NCBI RefSeq assembly: GCF_006345805.1
Contig: NC_043001.1
Location: 30,194,001 to 30,258,000 of the forward strand
DNA: 64,000 nt
Source of the DNA: Octopus sinensis
Lineage: Eukaryota
Reading direction: 5' to 3'
Position numbers and translations under genes: made by a program. Below are positions 13,801 through 26,880 of this stretch, piece by piece. The notes under the pieces were generated by a model, which had not been told where the DNA came from, searched no databases, and saw only the letters and a program-made list of their open reading frames with translations. Each line of letters opens with the position of its first letter. Positions within the stretch are counted from its first letter, which is position 1.

Positions 13801-14200
13801 AGCGTAGGAATGGCTGTGTGGTAAGTAGCTTGCTTACGAGCCTCATGGTTCAGGGTTCAGTCCCGTTGCATGGCATCTTGGGCAAGTGTCTTCTACTATA
13901 GCCTTGGGCCGACCAAAGCCTTGTGAGTGGATTTGGTAGACGGAAACTGAAAGAAGCCCGTCATATATATGCATGTATATGTGTGTGTGTGTGTGTTTGT
14001 CCCCCAAACATTGTTTGACAACCGATGCTGATGTGCTTACGTCCCCCTAACTTAGCGGTTCTGCAAAAGAGATTGATAGAATAAGTACTAGGCTTACAAA
14101 GAATAAGTCCTGGGGTCGATTTGCTCGACTAAAAGGCAGCGCTCCAGCATGGTCACAGTTAAATGCCTGAAACAAGTAAAAGAGTAAAAGAGTAAAGAGT
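13801..14200 (+). mobile_element. SINE family A, full length
   Basis: Same motifs; tail (AGAGTAAA)n. Confidence 0.85.
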
Positions 14201-14291
14201 AATTTATTATGGAACTAGGTTATTTGTTTTGATAGAATTTCAGACATGTATAGATCTCAGCAACTAAGATTCTACCTTAAATGTCTTTTAA

Positions 14292-14969
14292 CCCTTTAGC
14301 ATTTAAACCAGCCATATCCGGCCCTAATATTCTACTTGTTTTGTCTTCAAACTGGCCAGATCTGGTTCCTCATAGCTACTTGTGAATGACTTTCCCCAAG
14401 TCATACACAAGGAAGATGTTGAACTCAGCATTGCAGGCTAAAGAAATACTCTTCAGTGTGTTGGCAGAAACCAATGGTCCAGTTCCTTATTTACTATCCA
14501 GCTGACTTGTGGAGGCGCGTGGCTTAGTGGTTAGGGTGTCAGCATCATGATCGTAAGATTGTGGTTTCGATTCCTGGATCAGGCGACGCGTTGTGTTCTT
14601 GAGCAAAACACTTCATTTCACATTGCTCCAGTCCACTCAGCTAGCAAAAATGAGTAACACTGCGATGGACTGGCGTCCCATCCAGCTGGCGAACACATAC
14701 ACCATAGAAACCGGGAAAATGGACTCATAAGCCTGGCTAGGCTTTAAAAAGGCGCATTTATTATTTTGTGGAGTCACATGGCCTAGTGGTTAAAGCAGCG
14801 GACTCGCGGTCGAAGAATCGTGGGTTCAAATCTCAGAATCTCCAATGTCATTCAAATAATAATAATTACATCATTGAAATATTGAAACTACAAGATAATG
14901 CCTAATTAATTATAAGCAGTGTGAGTATATAAGCATTACATTTGACAAAATAATTTGAATGCTTAAGGG
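14292..14969. mobile_element. piggyBac-like MITE interrupted by SINEs
   Basis: ttaa|CCCTTTAGCATT...AATGCTTAAGGG|ttaa termini with TTAA target duplication. Confidence 0.55.
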
Positions 14970-15409
14970 TTAAGCTCACTCCCATTGCCATGTAAAGTAT
15001 GGTCATTGAAAGTCAGTATTTTACAACAATTTCATGGTTTGAAATAGATGAGAGATAAATAATTTGGAGGAATTCTGCTTTAAGCATGCCAAATAACCCC
15101 TCATAACTTTTATATTTTCAGGAGTTGTCAGAAAATATTTTGCGAATTTGTGTTCTACACATGAGAATTATGCACCAACCGATTGTGGCCATTGCCAGCC
15201 TCCCCTGACTCCTGTGCCGGTGGCATGTAAAAGGTTCCCCACTACACTCATGGAGTGGTTGGCATTAGGAAGGGTATCCAGCTGTAGAAACCATGCCAAA
15301 TCAGACTGGAGCCTGGTGCAGCCTCCTGGCTTCCCAGAACCCAGTCGAACCATCCAACCCATGCTAGCACGGAAAATGGATGTTAAACAATGATGATGAT
15401 GATATGTAT

Positions 15410-15430
15410 ATAAGTATATATACATATATA

Positions 15431-15482
<52 letters not shown>

Positions 15483-15541
15483 GTGTGTGTGTGTGTTTGT
15501 ATATATATATATATATGTGTGTGTGTATATATATATATATA

Positions 15542-15572
<31 letters not shown>

Positions 15573-15617
15573 GCTAGCATGGAAAGCAGACGCTAAACGA
15601 TGATGATGATATATATA

Positions 15618-15653
<36 letters not shown>

Positions 15654-15660
15654 TGTATTT
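15410..15660. repeat. Compound (TA)n/(TG)n/(TATG)n microsatellite
   Basis: Read directly from the sequence. Confidence 0.9.
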
Positions 15661-16277
15661 GTGTGTGTGTGTCTGTGTTTGTCCCTCCAATATCACTTGA
15701 CAACCAATGCTGGTGTGTTTGCATACCCATAACTTAGCAGTTTGGCAAAAGAAACTGATAGAATAAGCACTAGCCTTACAAAGAATAAGCCCTGGGGTTG
15801 ATTTGTTTGACTAAAGGTGGTGCTCCAGCATGGTCGCCATCAAATCACTGAAACAAGTAAAAGACTAACTACTTGTGCATGGATCATGAGTTCATAGCTT
15901 CTTTTACTTTTTTACCTACACACACACACATACAAATGTTCTCTTTGTGTGTGACTTAAGGGTTACTTAGCTTTTATTTTTAGCACATCTGATAACCATT
16001 AAAAAAAAATTTTTTTTCATGGTCGTATGAATTCCCATGTGTAGAAGACAAATATGCAAATATTTTCTGAAAATTCCAAATGAGGAGTTATATGGCGTGT
16101 TTAAAGCAGAATCCTGCCAATAATTCTATCCACCAGTTAGAATGATAATAATCTAACATTCATAGATGAGCTGATGTCTAGTCTCAACAGCTGTTTAAGA
16201 GATGCAGCAAAATTTTTAGTCAGTGAACAGGTCACAACTTTGAGCAACAAAAATTTTGACACCATATTGCAAATAAA

Positions 16278-16662
16278 TCTATATATATATAAAGCTGAAG
16301 TTGTCTGTGTATGGCAAGTTTGGTAGCCTTCAACTAACACTATCTCCTCTGAGACCCTGCAGCGCAAGTTGACCAAAATTGAGAGTATGATAGAAGAAGG
16401 CTTGCTTTTCATTCCGTAGAAGATGAAATTCAAATCGGACCATGTTAACACCAAAAATTATTTACATCAAAAAGGTGCTTTTTTTTCTATGAAAATCCCT
16501 ATTTTTTACAATTTTTTGACTGCTGTGTCGCCATTTATCGGTGTATTTCAACCAGAAAAATGTTCACTTAAAGAGCTACATAATGAAAAAATTTTTACTT
16601 TTCAAAAATTCCAATTCTAAAGGGTCGAAACAAACCTGAGCAACGCCAGGCAATACTACTAG
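16278..16662 (+). mobile_element. Non-autonomous Helitron
   Basis: 5' TC(TA)n AAAGCTG start, 3' GAGCAACGCCAGGCAATACTACTAG end, inserted between A and T with no TSD. Confidence 0.7.
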
Positions 16663-18409
16663 TGTTTAAATAAAGTTAACAGTCTTTTTGTGTTTCTGAA
16701 TAGCTAACTTATACCTTCCATACTGCAGTCACTATTTAACTGAAGTTATCCAAAATTAGATATTCTGCTCCAAACCACCAAAGAATATGCTTAAACCTCC
16801 ATTCAGAGGAAGTATGAGACCCACTAACTGTTCCATCTTGCATTGTCCTTTTCACATCCAAACCCCTGCACCAGCCACTATTTCCAGTTCTTCCTCTCAA
16901 GAACATTGGTCCTCCGGAATCTTCTTCTTGCTCATGTCACTTTTGAAGGTATTGGCTTGCAACAGTTTAAACAGAATATTAACAGCATGGAGGGCCTGCA
17001 AATGTAAAGGGTTCTGCCCCTCTCTCCAGACTCAGTAAGTAAAAAAGTAAAAGAAGCTATGAACTCATCATCCATGCAACAAGTAGTTAGTCTTTTACTT
17101 GTTTCAGTGATTTGACGGTGACCATGCTGAAGCACCACCTTCAGTCAAACAAATCAACCCCGGGGCTTATTCTTTGTAAGGCTAGTATTTATTCTATCAG
17201 TCTCTTTTGCCGAACTGCTAAGTTATGGGTATGCAAACACACCAATATGGCACCCTCCCCATACACAGCACAAATGTTGCGAGCAGCTTTTTCAGCCTTA
17301 GAATCTTGATTAAAAGCAAAAAGAAGGTGTCGAAAATGCTCATTTTTCTTAACTTGACATTCCATTTTAATGATCTGAAAATAAACAAAAATTAACTAAA
17401 ATCAACTAGAAAAAAACAAAATAGATTCCAAAATCATTCAAAAATAGAATTCTCGAAAAAAATAGATTCCAAAATTTAAAAACGCAATAAATTCCAAAAT
17501 TTAGAAATGCAATAAATTCCAAAATTTAAAAAAATGGTAGGAACTTAGTTGCCAACTCAATATATGATGAGCTTCTTTCAGTTTCCGTCTACCATATCCA
17601 CTCACAAGGCTTTGGTCAGCCCAAGGCTATAGTAGAAGATACTTGCCAAAGGTGCCCGCAGTAGGACTGAACCCAGGACCATGTGGCTGGGAAGCAAGCT
17701 TCTTACCATACAACCACACCATACTTTATTCCCATTTGACCATTTCACCTGGAAGAACCTATAGGAGAGAGCCTCTATGTGGTTGTCCAACATGCAGCAA
17801 ATAGCAGCCAAATCTCCTTGAATCCAGATCCTACCATAGTTTTAGATACCCTTTAAAAAGTAGGATGGTCATGACTGGAACACCTTTGTTCATAGATTTG
17901 CACAATCAAGGTTGACCTGGGGCTAAACATCAACAACAACAATAACAGCCAACATGATACAATTGATTAGGATTTTGTAATGTAAGCTTGGTGTATTAAA
18001 TTCATTTCTACCCTTGTGGTAGAATAGACTAATAGACTACTTACAATAGATTAGTACTTATCCAGAGAAATTGTCTCCCACCTTTGTGCAATAACGACTG
18101 GAGATAATAAGCAGTCCAATGAATTACAGAGTGCCATGAAAGGAATATATTTGATGATAGTCAGGACAGCTGTCTTCAGTTTATTCTTCATACAAATAAT
18201 GATAATGAGCTGTAGATTCTTATCTTCAAATGTGTGTGTGTATGTATGTGTGTGTGTGTGTGTGTGTGTGTAAATGTAATTAGAATCCTACTACTCACTT
18301 TTGACCTGACAATAATTCAAACAGTCTAGTGTGCTGTATTTGAATTGGTATCCAATGAAGCACATTTCAAATTATTTGTGAGCATGCTGTTACAAGTTTT
18401 AGTAAACTT

Positions 18410-18720
18410 TTTTTTTTTACTTGTTTCAGTCATTGGACAGTGGCCATGCTGGAACACTGCCTTGAAGGGTTTAGTAAAACAAATTGCCCCTAGTACTTAT
18501 TCTAACAAAGTTACAGGGGTGATAAGCAAACCAACACCTGTTCTTAAAAAGTAACGAAGGACAAGCACACATGCATGGATGTGTGATGGGTTTCCACACT
18601 GTTTTTGTCTGCAAAATTCACTCACAAGGCATTGGTCATCCCAAGGCTATAGTAGAAGATACATACCCAAGGTGCTGCACAATGTGACTGAACTCAAAAC
18701 TATGTGTTTGTAAAGCTAGC
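18410..18720 (-). mobile_element. SINE family A, diverged
   Basis: TTTTACTTGTTTCAGTCATT...CACTCACAAGGC. Confidence 0.7.
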
Positions 18721-18748
18721 TTCTTCAATTTAGATAATTTTAATTTGT

Positions 18749-19160
18749 TAAACAGCATGCGTCCCCAATGTCCATTGCGTCCCCAAAGTCCATCCCCTCC
18801 TTACCATGGCGGGGATGCTGGCAATGGGTTGTGTCAGAGCTATGCTGTCGGGAATTTCAGTTCCTGGTAGGGCCACCCAAGACGAATTGGTCTGACACCA
18901 AGTGGTATTAGGGCCACAACCCGGCAGACGGGCTCTGGTGAAAATCCTCGGAGTGTCTGTTTCGGCAACTGGCGGCTCCTTGGTCATTCTGTCCCTGCAT
19001 CTGCGGACAATCTGTGGCAAATAGGATGTCTCTACATGCGGGATTGTTGGGGACCGCTTGTGAAATTCATATTCCCATCAAACTTGTACCATGGTAGAAG
19101 AAGCCGACTCAACCCGCCCAGGGTGAATGTCGCCACAAGTACAAGTACAAGTAAGTATGC
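18749..19160 (+). mobile_element. GC-rich 3' end of an RTE-type LINE with (ACAAGT)n tail
   Basis: Frameshifted CVRAMLSGISVPGR/PPKTNWSDT resembles the GRP..W.D ORF2 terminus. Ends CACAAGTACAAGTACAAGT. Confidence 0.55.
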
Positions 19161-19968
19161 TGGGACTATAAAACTATAATTTACCTTTGCTGTGACCACA
19201 CTTAGGCAGTGGATAGGCAGAATCCTTAGAGCATCAGACAAATGTTATGTGGTATGTAGATATGACTTTGGCATTCTGATGAGTTAAGATCTTGTTGAGG
19301 TCAATTTTATCTTTCATATTTCTAGTGTTGCTAAAATAAAGTACTAGTTTTATATGGAACCAAGTCCTTATTTGTACTTTACTAAAGTTTTTAATTGTGG
19401 TGTCAGTGAATGAAAACAATAATGTATAATAATTCTTTCTACTATAAGCACAAAATCTTAAATTTTCTGGGGAGGGAACCAGTCAGTTACATTGACTCCA
19501 GTGCTTAACGGGTACTGTTTTTTTTAATCGACACCAAAAGGATGAAAAGCAAAGACAACCTTGCTAAGATTTGAACTCATAACAGAGAAATGGATAAAAT
19601 GCCACTAGCCATTCTGTCCAGAGTGCTAACAACTCTACCAGCTCATTACCTTACAATAACATATAATGACTTTATTTATAATAATTGCATTTAACATACC
19701 CACACAGCCTGAAATTTTAGGGGAAGGTGTCAGTCGATTAAAAGGACCTCAGTAGCTGACTGATATTTTATTTTATTGGCTCCGAAAAGGATAAAAGGAT
19801 AAGTTAAATTTTGATACGATTTGAACTCAAAATATAAGAACCAGAAGAAATACCATACTATTACAATTCCATCAATCCATCTACCAAATCTTATCAATAA
19901 TAAACCTAACATTATGTTCCCATCAGAGCATGCTAGCTGCTTATATGTATATATATATCTATATATAG

Positions 19969-19997
<29 letters not shown>

Positions 19998-20028
<31 letters not shown>

Positions 20029-20680
20029 GTTTAACGTCCGCTTTCCATGCTAGCATGGGTTGGACGGTTCAACTGGGGTCTGGAAGCCCGAGGCTGCACC
20101 AGGCCAGTCAGATTGGCAGTGTTTCTACAGCTGGATGCCCTCCTAACGCCAACCACTCCGAGAGTGGAGTGGGTGATTTTATGTGCCACCGACACAGGTG
20201 CCAGACGAGGCTGGCAGACGGCCACGCTCGGATGGTGTTTTTTATGTGCCACCGACACAGGTGCCAGACGAGCTGGCAGACGGCCACGCTCGATGGTGTT
20301 TTTTTTTATGTGCCACCGACACAGGTGCCAGACGAGGCTGGCAGACGGCCACGCTCGGATGGTGTTTTTTATTGCCACCGACACAGGTGCCAGACGAGGC
20401 TGGCAGACGGCCACGCTCGGATGGTGTTTTCTTATGTGTCACCGACACAGGTGCTAGACGAGGCTGGCGACGGCCCACGCTCGGATGGTGTTTGTTACGT
20501 GCCCTCAGCACGGAGGCCAGTCATTGCGGTACTGGCTACGGTCACGTTCGGATGGTTTTCTTATGTGCCACCGGCACTGGTACCACAAGGATACAAATTC
20601 CATTGATGTTCATCTATTTTGATTTGGTTCGATTTGATTTGATACGATTCGATTCGATTCTCACTTGCCTCAACAGGTCT
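19998..20680 (-). mobile_element. Young RTE-LINE 3' tail with (GAT)n end and five tandem 63-bp units
   Basis: (CAT)n then CGTTTAACGTCCGCTTTCCATGCTAGC; unit ATGTGCCACCGACACAGGTGCCAGACGAGGCTGGCAGACGGCCACGCTCGGATGGTG repeated from 20181. Confidence 0.85.
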
Positions 20681-21049
20681 TAGGGAATATAAATATCTAT
20701 TTAATTTTGTGATTTTTTAAAAATAATATTTATTATAAGATTTAAAATTTTTTTCTATATGATTTAATATAGATAATATCTTTCACAACTGAATTACTTA
20801 ATAGAGGTTATTTCTCTTAATTATATATATATATAAATATATACATATATTAGCAATATCGCCCAACGTTGCTCATTTTTGTTTTGACCCTTTAGAATTG
20901 GAATTTTTGAAAAGTAAAAATTTTGCATTATATAGCTTGTTATTCTCTTTAAGTGAATATTTTTTTGCCATTTTGCCTGTGGGCCTGTGTATTTGTTTGT
21001 TTTCTGTCCCCCATTTAGGGGTGAAAAGAGTTGGAAAAAAATTGAATAG

Positions 21050-22420
21050 CGAACTAGAACGAGCCCATGCCATGAGCTATGCTTCGAGGCTGGAAGCCGT
21101 ACCACTGCAACAAATGTGCTGGAGGTGGGAGAAGTAAAAATTGAAAGAGAGAAGTTGGAGAGTTGCAAGGAACTGATCCAAAAGGAGGGGTCAAATTTAA
21201 GCTTGACCCCCTCTAGAGGAAGTAACCAGCAGAACAAGAAGGAGGACAGTGGTATACAGAACACTGTCCATAACTAATAAGAAAATGGAGATGCATCAGA
21301 GGAAGCCACTGAGAAATGTATGGAAGAAGTGAAGAGTGCTGCAACATTCTACACTAGAGGGAGAAGATATAGCACAGTGGAGATGAGGTTTTCCACCAAA
21401 GAAGAGGCAATAAATCACTCCACTGTGCCACTGAGATCACAAGAATGGATGCTCCTGCCGACCTATTGTGGCAAAAGAGTTACAAGAATTAGGATCATCA
21501 GGGTAGCACCTGAAATCGAAGAAGCGTGGCTGGTGGCAGCTGTGATGTATGGAACCAAAGAGAATGTAAAGCTAATCCAAGTTGCAAGAACGAAGAAAAT
21601 GAATTGGTGGGGTTACAGCCTGAAAATGGTTATCAAGGTCACCCAGCAAGACTTGAATGAAATAGCAGAAGAGGTGCTGTTGCCTGAAGATACAAAGCTG
21701 AGAGTTGTGGTAGAGGGAAGACTGCCCACCTGCTACCACTGTGGGGAAAAGGAGCACATTAAAATAAAGTTCCCCCAGATAAGCAGTAAAACCACAGAGA
21801 ACCAGGAAAAACAAAGTAGGAGTACCATAACAGCAGCCTGAGCCTAGGAGGAGAGTATGGAAGATAAAGAGGAGGAGGGATTCTCTGAAGTATCAAAAAG
21901 TAATAGAAAGGAAACAGTGACTACACTCCCTAAAAGTACAACGAAGAATAGGAAGAACAGCAAAACAGAGAAGATTATACAGCAAGCACACAACACACAA
22001 GGTACATCCACACAGCATACATCACTACAAGTAACGTCCCCCAAAAAGGAAACCACCCCAGATAGTCCAGGTTCACCATGTAGACAAGCAGACACAAGCA
22101 CAGACAGGCATAACACACAGTCCCACAAAAGACCCCCTAAAAACAAAGCATACATAAAGACATATATACCAAAAGCACAGCAACTGAATGAAAAATCGCC
22201 AAGTTCAAATCGGGGATTAGAGTTAAATTGCCGGCGGAAAAATACACAGAAAGCACAAAATGCATGCTGATAGACAGGGAAAGACATGCTAAATTGAGGG
22301 AATTGTTTGGTTTGAACATTGGAAGTGGAGTATGATACCCTACCCCCAGACTGTGAAGAATTAAAACCATATATAAACTGGTAAAAAAAATGTAAGTAAA
22401 TTTTAATATTATAAAAAAAA
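21050..22420 (+). mobile_element. LINE ORF1 (L1/Tx1-like nucleic-acid-binding protein with zinc knuckle); no ORF2 downstream
   Basis: MSYASRL start at 21072; ORF 21320-21841 ends VVEGRLPTCYHCGEKEHIKIKFP (CCHC with the last C lost); S/T/K-rich tail; A-rich end near 22385-22420. Confidence 0.7.
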
Positions 22421-22594
22421 ACATTAAAATATTATAACATCAAAAACAGTTAAATGTAACCACTCAAGAGTGGGGCTCAAGTAGCCATTGCATCCTCATT
22501 ATATTATATATCCATTTTCATTCATCCATCTATGTTTTATGTCCCCGCTTTGTCCCCACTATTTTTTGTCAATCTTAGCATCATGGAACAATAC

Positions 22595-22630
<36 letters not shown>

Positions 22631-22719
22631 TATATATATAGATGCAAGCATGGCTATGTGGTAAGAAGTTTACTTCCCACATATTGTCTGTTCTTGCGCT
22701 GTCCCTTCTGTGTAGGGCC

Positions 22720-25700
22720 CTGGTGGCCAATAAAAAAATTGAACATTTTGGTAGTCTCACAAGTACATCACATGAACACATTGATTAAACCTCCACTGCA
22801 TAATTTATCTATACCAACCTGTGGCAGGATATAAAAGTGGCAACGAGATATTCAAAACTTGTGTAGGATGTTTAAATTTTTTTCTTGGTACAAAACCAAA
22901 GAAAAAATTATTTAACATGGATGATTTCTTGGCTTGCATGCTGCAGTTGTAACAGCAACAACAACAATACCAGCAGTTACTAGAAGTAATGTTGAAGAAG
23001 TCTGAAAATACTTCAGGTTAATTCTTGTCATACAGCATAGCAAATTCAATCGGAGAATTTATTTATAACACAGAAGGTACTACTTTTACTTCATATTTTT
23101 TGAGATATGAAGAAATCTTCAAAGAAGAACGTAAAAACTGGAATGACAAGAAGTAAGTGTGACTACTTTTAAGAAAGTTATCCCCTTCCAAACACAAAAA
23201 ATACAGTAACTATATTCTGTCAAAGAAACCAGGTGAGATTTGTTTCAATCAAACAGTTAATTTGTCATCAACAATTTTCATTGAAAGAAGTTTTCTGTTC
23301 AATACTTGTTGGCAATGTTTCAATTTAGTTACAAAAAGATGATGAAGATTTCACCACTTCTGCTAGGGTCATTAACAGAGAGTGTGAAAAATTCAAATGA
23401 AATGAACCCCAGATTTGTTCAAAAGTCTAATTTTTGTTCAAGGGTTAACAGCAAGAAAAGATGCTGATATATGTTCCTCTATATTAACAAAATTAGAACA
23501 GGACCAAAAATTAACCCTACAGGCAGTGGCTGATAAATGCCAGAGGATTATAAATTTAAGGCATGGCGTGGATAAAATTGAAAAAGATTGCTCTCAGATA
23601 CATGCAAGTCATCATGAAACGGATAAGAAAAATAAAACGAACGTGAAGGCCATATCCATGCTATGGTTGCAGAGGTTTACATTTAAGAAGTAATTGTCCT
23701 TTTTAAAATCATAAGTGTTTTGATTGTGGAAAAATCAGACATAAAAGCTCACATTATATAGCAAAACACAAAAAAGGGGGAAACAAAAAAAATGCAAGAA
23801 AGAATGTATTGCTAAAAAAATTCTAATTGGGGCTCAGAAAAGAAAATTTATGTTAATAAAAATTAATAACATCCGTTTCAGGATGACATGCATGTATCTG
23901 AGAACAATCTTTTTCTTCAATTTTATCTTTGCCATGCCTTAAATTTATAATCCTCTGGCATTCATCAGCCACTGCCTGTAGAGTTAATTTCTGGTCCTGT
24001 TCTAATTTTGTTAGTTATGGATACAGGTAGTGATATCAGGTTAAGTAATACAGACACATGGAGAAAATTAGAGAAACTTAGATTAAAGGAAACTTTGAAA
24101 ATTGTATGGGGTGTTTCAGGAAAAAAATTGCATTTTATGGGCGAAATGAAAAGTGATGTTACATTTCATGGAAAAACTTTGAAAGCCAAGGGTTTTGTGT
24201 TGAAAAATACAACAAATTTATTTGGAACAGACTGGATGGAACTATTTAACTTATGGGACCTACCCGTAAATATTTTTTGTAAGAATGTGAATGGTTCTTC
24301 TGCCAGTACAAATAAGACGTCAGGGGATTTTTTAAATAATTTTTTCCTTGAGTTTTTTTTGAGGAGTTGGGTCTTTGCACTAAAACAGAGGCAAAGTTTC
24401 AAGCGACAGAAAATGCTATCAGTGTTTAAACCAAAAAGAATGGTATCTATCACAGATCACAGCATTGAAACAATCTTTCTGTGGGTGTGTTTGTTTGTGG
24501 AGTTGTTAGTTAACTTCTCCTACATCATTTTATCGATTTTGATGAAACTTGACACGTGAGTAGAACTCATGTCTGGAAACCTCATGGCTTACTCAGATTG
24601 TTGAAAAAATTGATAATTAAAAATCAGCAGCTAATTGAAAAAATCACTAGAAATTTTGAATGGTAATTTCCATAAGGAAGATATTTTTTTGCAATAACTT
24701 TTGCATTTCTCAACTGATTTGCTACGAGGATGACTATTGAGGAAAAATTTTCACTTGGGCTTTAAGGGGAGGACAAAAAGCTGCATAAAAACGATTTTTT
24801 CAATTTGATTGCAATTTTTTATTCACTCAATAACTTTTGCATTTAACATCCAATTCACTTCAAATTTGATTTGCAGTACTAATGAGTGTATGAGATGAAA
24901 AGTTTTTTCCGCAACCATTTCATCACCTCTGTTCTCCTTCAACCATTTCGTCACTATGTATGTGTGTGTCTGTGTGTACTCCCACCATCGCTTGAAAACC
25001 GATGTTGCTGTGTTTACATCCCCATTTGGAAAAACAGACCAATAGAATAAGTACTAGGCTTACAAAGAATAAATCCTGGGGTTGATTTTTTTCAACTAAA
25101 ATAAGTGCTCCAGCATGACTGCAATCACATAACCAAAACAATTAAAACAATGAAAACCTATGCCATTTTAACCTCGAGCAGCACCAGGCATCTCAGCTAG
25201 TACTGAATATGCACGATTTAAGAACACCTCTGAATAACTTGTTAAAAATAAAGTCAATTTTCAACAAGCTTCTACCAGTAGGAAAAACAAACAGGAAAAA
25301 CACTAAAAATACTACAAAGCATTTTAACATCGGTGACAAAGTGTTTTTCAAAATATGTAGCAATGGAAGACAAGGTTGGGAAGATGGAGTAGTAACAAAA
25401 AGAATAGGCAAAATGACATATGACGAGGGGTGAAAAATGGGAACACAAAAATCATTTAGATCAGCGAAACAATAGATATACGGAAAAAAGAAAAGTGATA
25501 CCCACAGAAATGTTCTATGACACCTTTGATGTCCCAACACTACAAGAAATCGAACCTAGTCATAGCAGCACAAGGAAGAGGAAACAAATAGAATGGTTGG
25601 AAGTAGTACCTAAACAGAACAAATATTAAACTTCCTAAATTTCAAAAAGGGAGATGCGATGAAAGAAAGATAAATAAATAAAAATGATAATATTAACTTC

Positions 25701-25917
25701 CAACAGAAGTCAATTTCAAAGAGAGTGATGTTGTGGCAAGAGTCATTGTCACTCCTGGCAGATTGATAGAATAGACTAAGGAAACTCTTATAAAGGGTAG
25801 TGGTCAGTAATAGCTGGAAAGAGCGTTTTGATAGTCTCATGAAGTACATTGTGTGAACACATTGATTAAATCTCCTCTGGTTAATTTATCTATACCAACC
25901 TGTAGCAGGATATAAAA
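22720..25917 (+). mobile_element. Internally deleted Gypsy (Mag/K02A2.6-like) LTR retrotransposon
   Basis: LTR 3' ends shared at 22745-22837 and 25828-25917; PBS-like TGGCAACGAG at 22838; gag FKSLIFVQGLT; knuckle CFDCGK..H; protease LVMDTGSD (24008 on); integrase C-terminus FNIGDKVFFK; PPT AAAAGGGAGA before TG at 25655. Confidence 0.8.
23484..24013. repeat. Inverted duplication of about 130 bp of gag inside the Gypsy element
   Basis: 23484-23615 is mirrored at about 23879-24013. Confidence 0.85.
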
Positions 25918-26299
25918 AAATGCGTTGTAGTAACAGGTTTTCAGTTCATGGCTTGCAGTAGATAGGAGTGTGGTAGATGGACTGAATAGTAGGGAAAAAC
26001 AGTAAATTTGGGGGAATGCTGTTGGGCTCAGGAGAGGGACCTAGTTTTCTGAATGAGGAAATGAAAGACAAATGGTAGTTCTAGACTTGACAAGGACACT
26101 GAAAGAGTCAGTTGCATGCATAGTGTGCATACACAAGTTTCCACAATCTTAGTTATGTGCAAACACATTGTTTTCAGGATTCCACATATGCCAATATTAG
26201 CATAATTTGGTGGGTCTTCTCAAGCACTGTATATTATCAATCAGCTAGAGTATTTTGCTATCTCTCTCTCTCTCTAAAGCTCAACATCCAGAGATCAGC

Positions 26300-26880
26300 C
26301 TTTGCTGCCTCATTCCAACCCCTTGGTCTCCCTTTTCTTCATTTTTTTTTGTCTACTATAAGCAGTTGACACTTCTTGTCTACTATAAGCAGTTGACACT
26401 TCTTTATACAACTCTCCTCGTGTGTATGCTTCAATACAATCTTCTCCCTTGCTCATCATATCTAATTCCTCTTATGCCCAGTTTTTCTCTTTAAACTGTA
26501 TTTTGTTGTTCATCTACACAAGCATTGCACATCTAGAAACATATGGTTGCTTCATTTCTGTTTAGTTCTCACAAGTCCTCTACATTCAGGGCTCACATTT
26601 CACTACCATCTAGCATTGCAGTTAAAGCACAGGCATCAGACAGTCTGCCTTTTACTTTGGGGGAGAAACATTTTGTCACCAACAGAGGTTTTAGTTTCTC
26701 AAACTTTCTGCAACCTTCTTTTTTTTACTCTAGCTACTAAACTTTCAGAACATTGCCCACCATTACTCATTATGTCATCTAAGGAAAAGCAACTTTTCAC
26801 TATTTCTATGGATCCTCCTGTGCAAGTGAAAGCATCTATTCCCTGGACATTCTGAATGAATATTACTCCGGCACATCTAC
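26300..26880 (-). mobile_element. RTE LINE RT C-terminal fragment, degenerate
   Basis: Reverse strand reads RKFEKLKPLLVTK...KGRLSDACALTAMLDGSE...REKLGIRGI. Confidence 0.65.

Larger units (their letters stand above)
12617..14836 (+). repeat. Local duplication: 12617-13197 repeated at 14261-14836 (roughly 90% identical by eye)
   Basis: Same order in both copies: MITE end, unassigned spacer, SINE, second SINE head. Confidence 0.85.

Noticed and set aside
16140-16277. Open 45-codon stretch NDNNLTFIDELMSSL... as an exon
   Set aside because: No donor, interrupted by a Helitron, a stop follows the empty site, and no recognisable motif.
20181-20562. CRISPR-like repeat array
   Set aside because: The units are contiguous with no unique spacers, there are no cas genes, and the array lies inside a eukaryotic LINE 3' UTR.
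19821-20606. Longest ORF on the track (261 aa)
   Set aside because: It runs through (TA)n, (CAT)n and the 63-bp repeat; it is a by-product of repeats.
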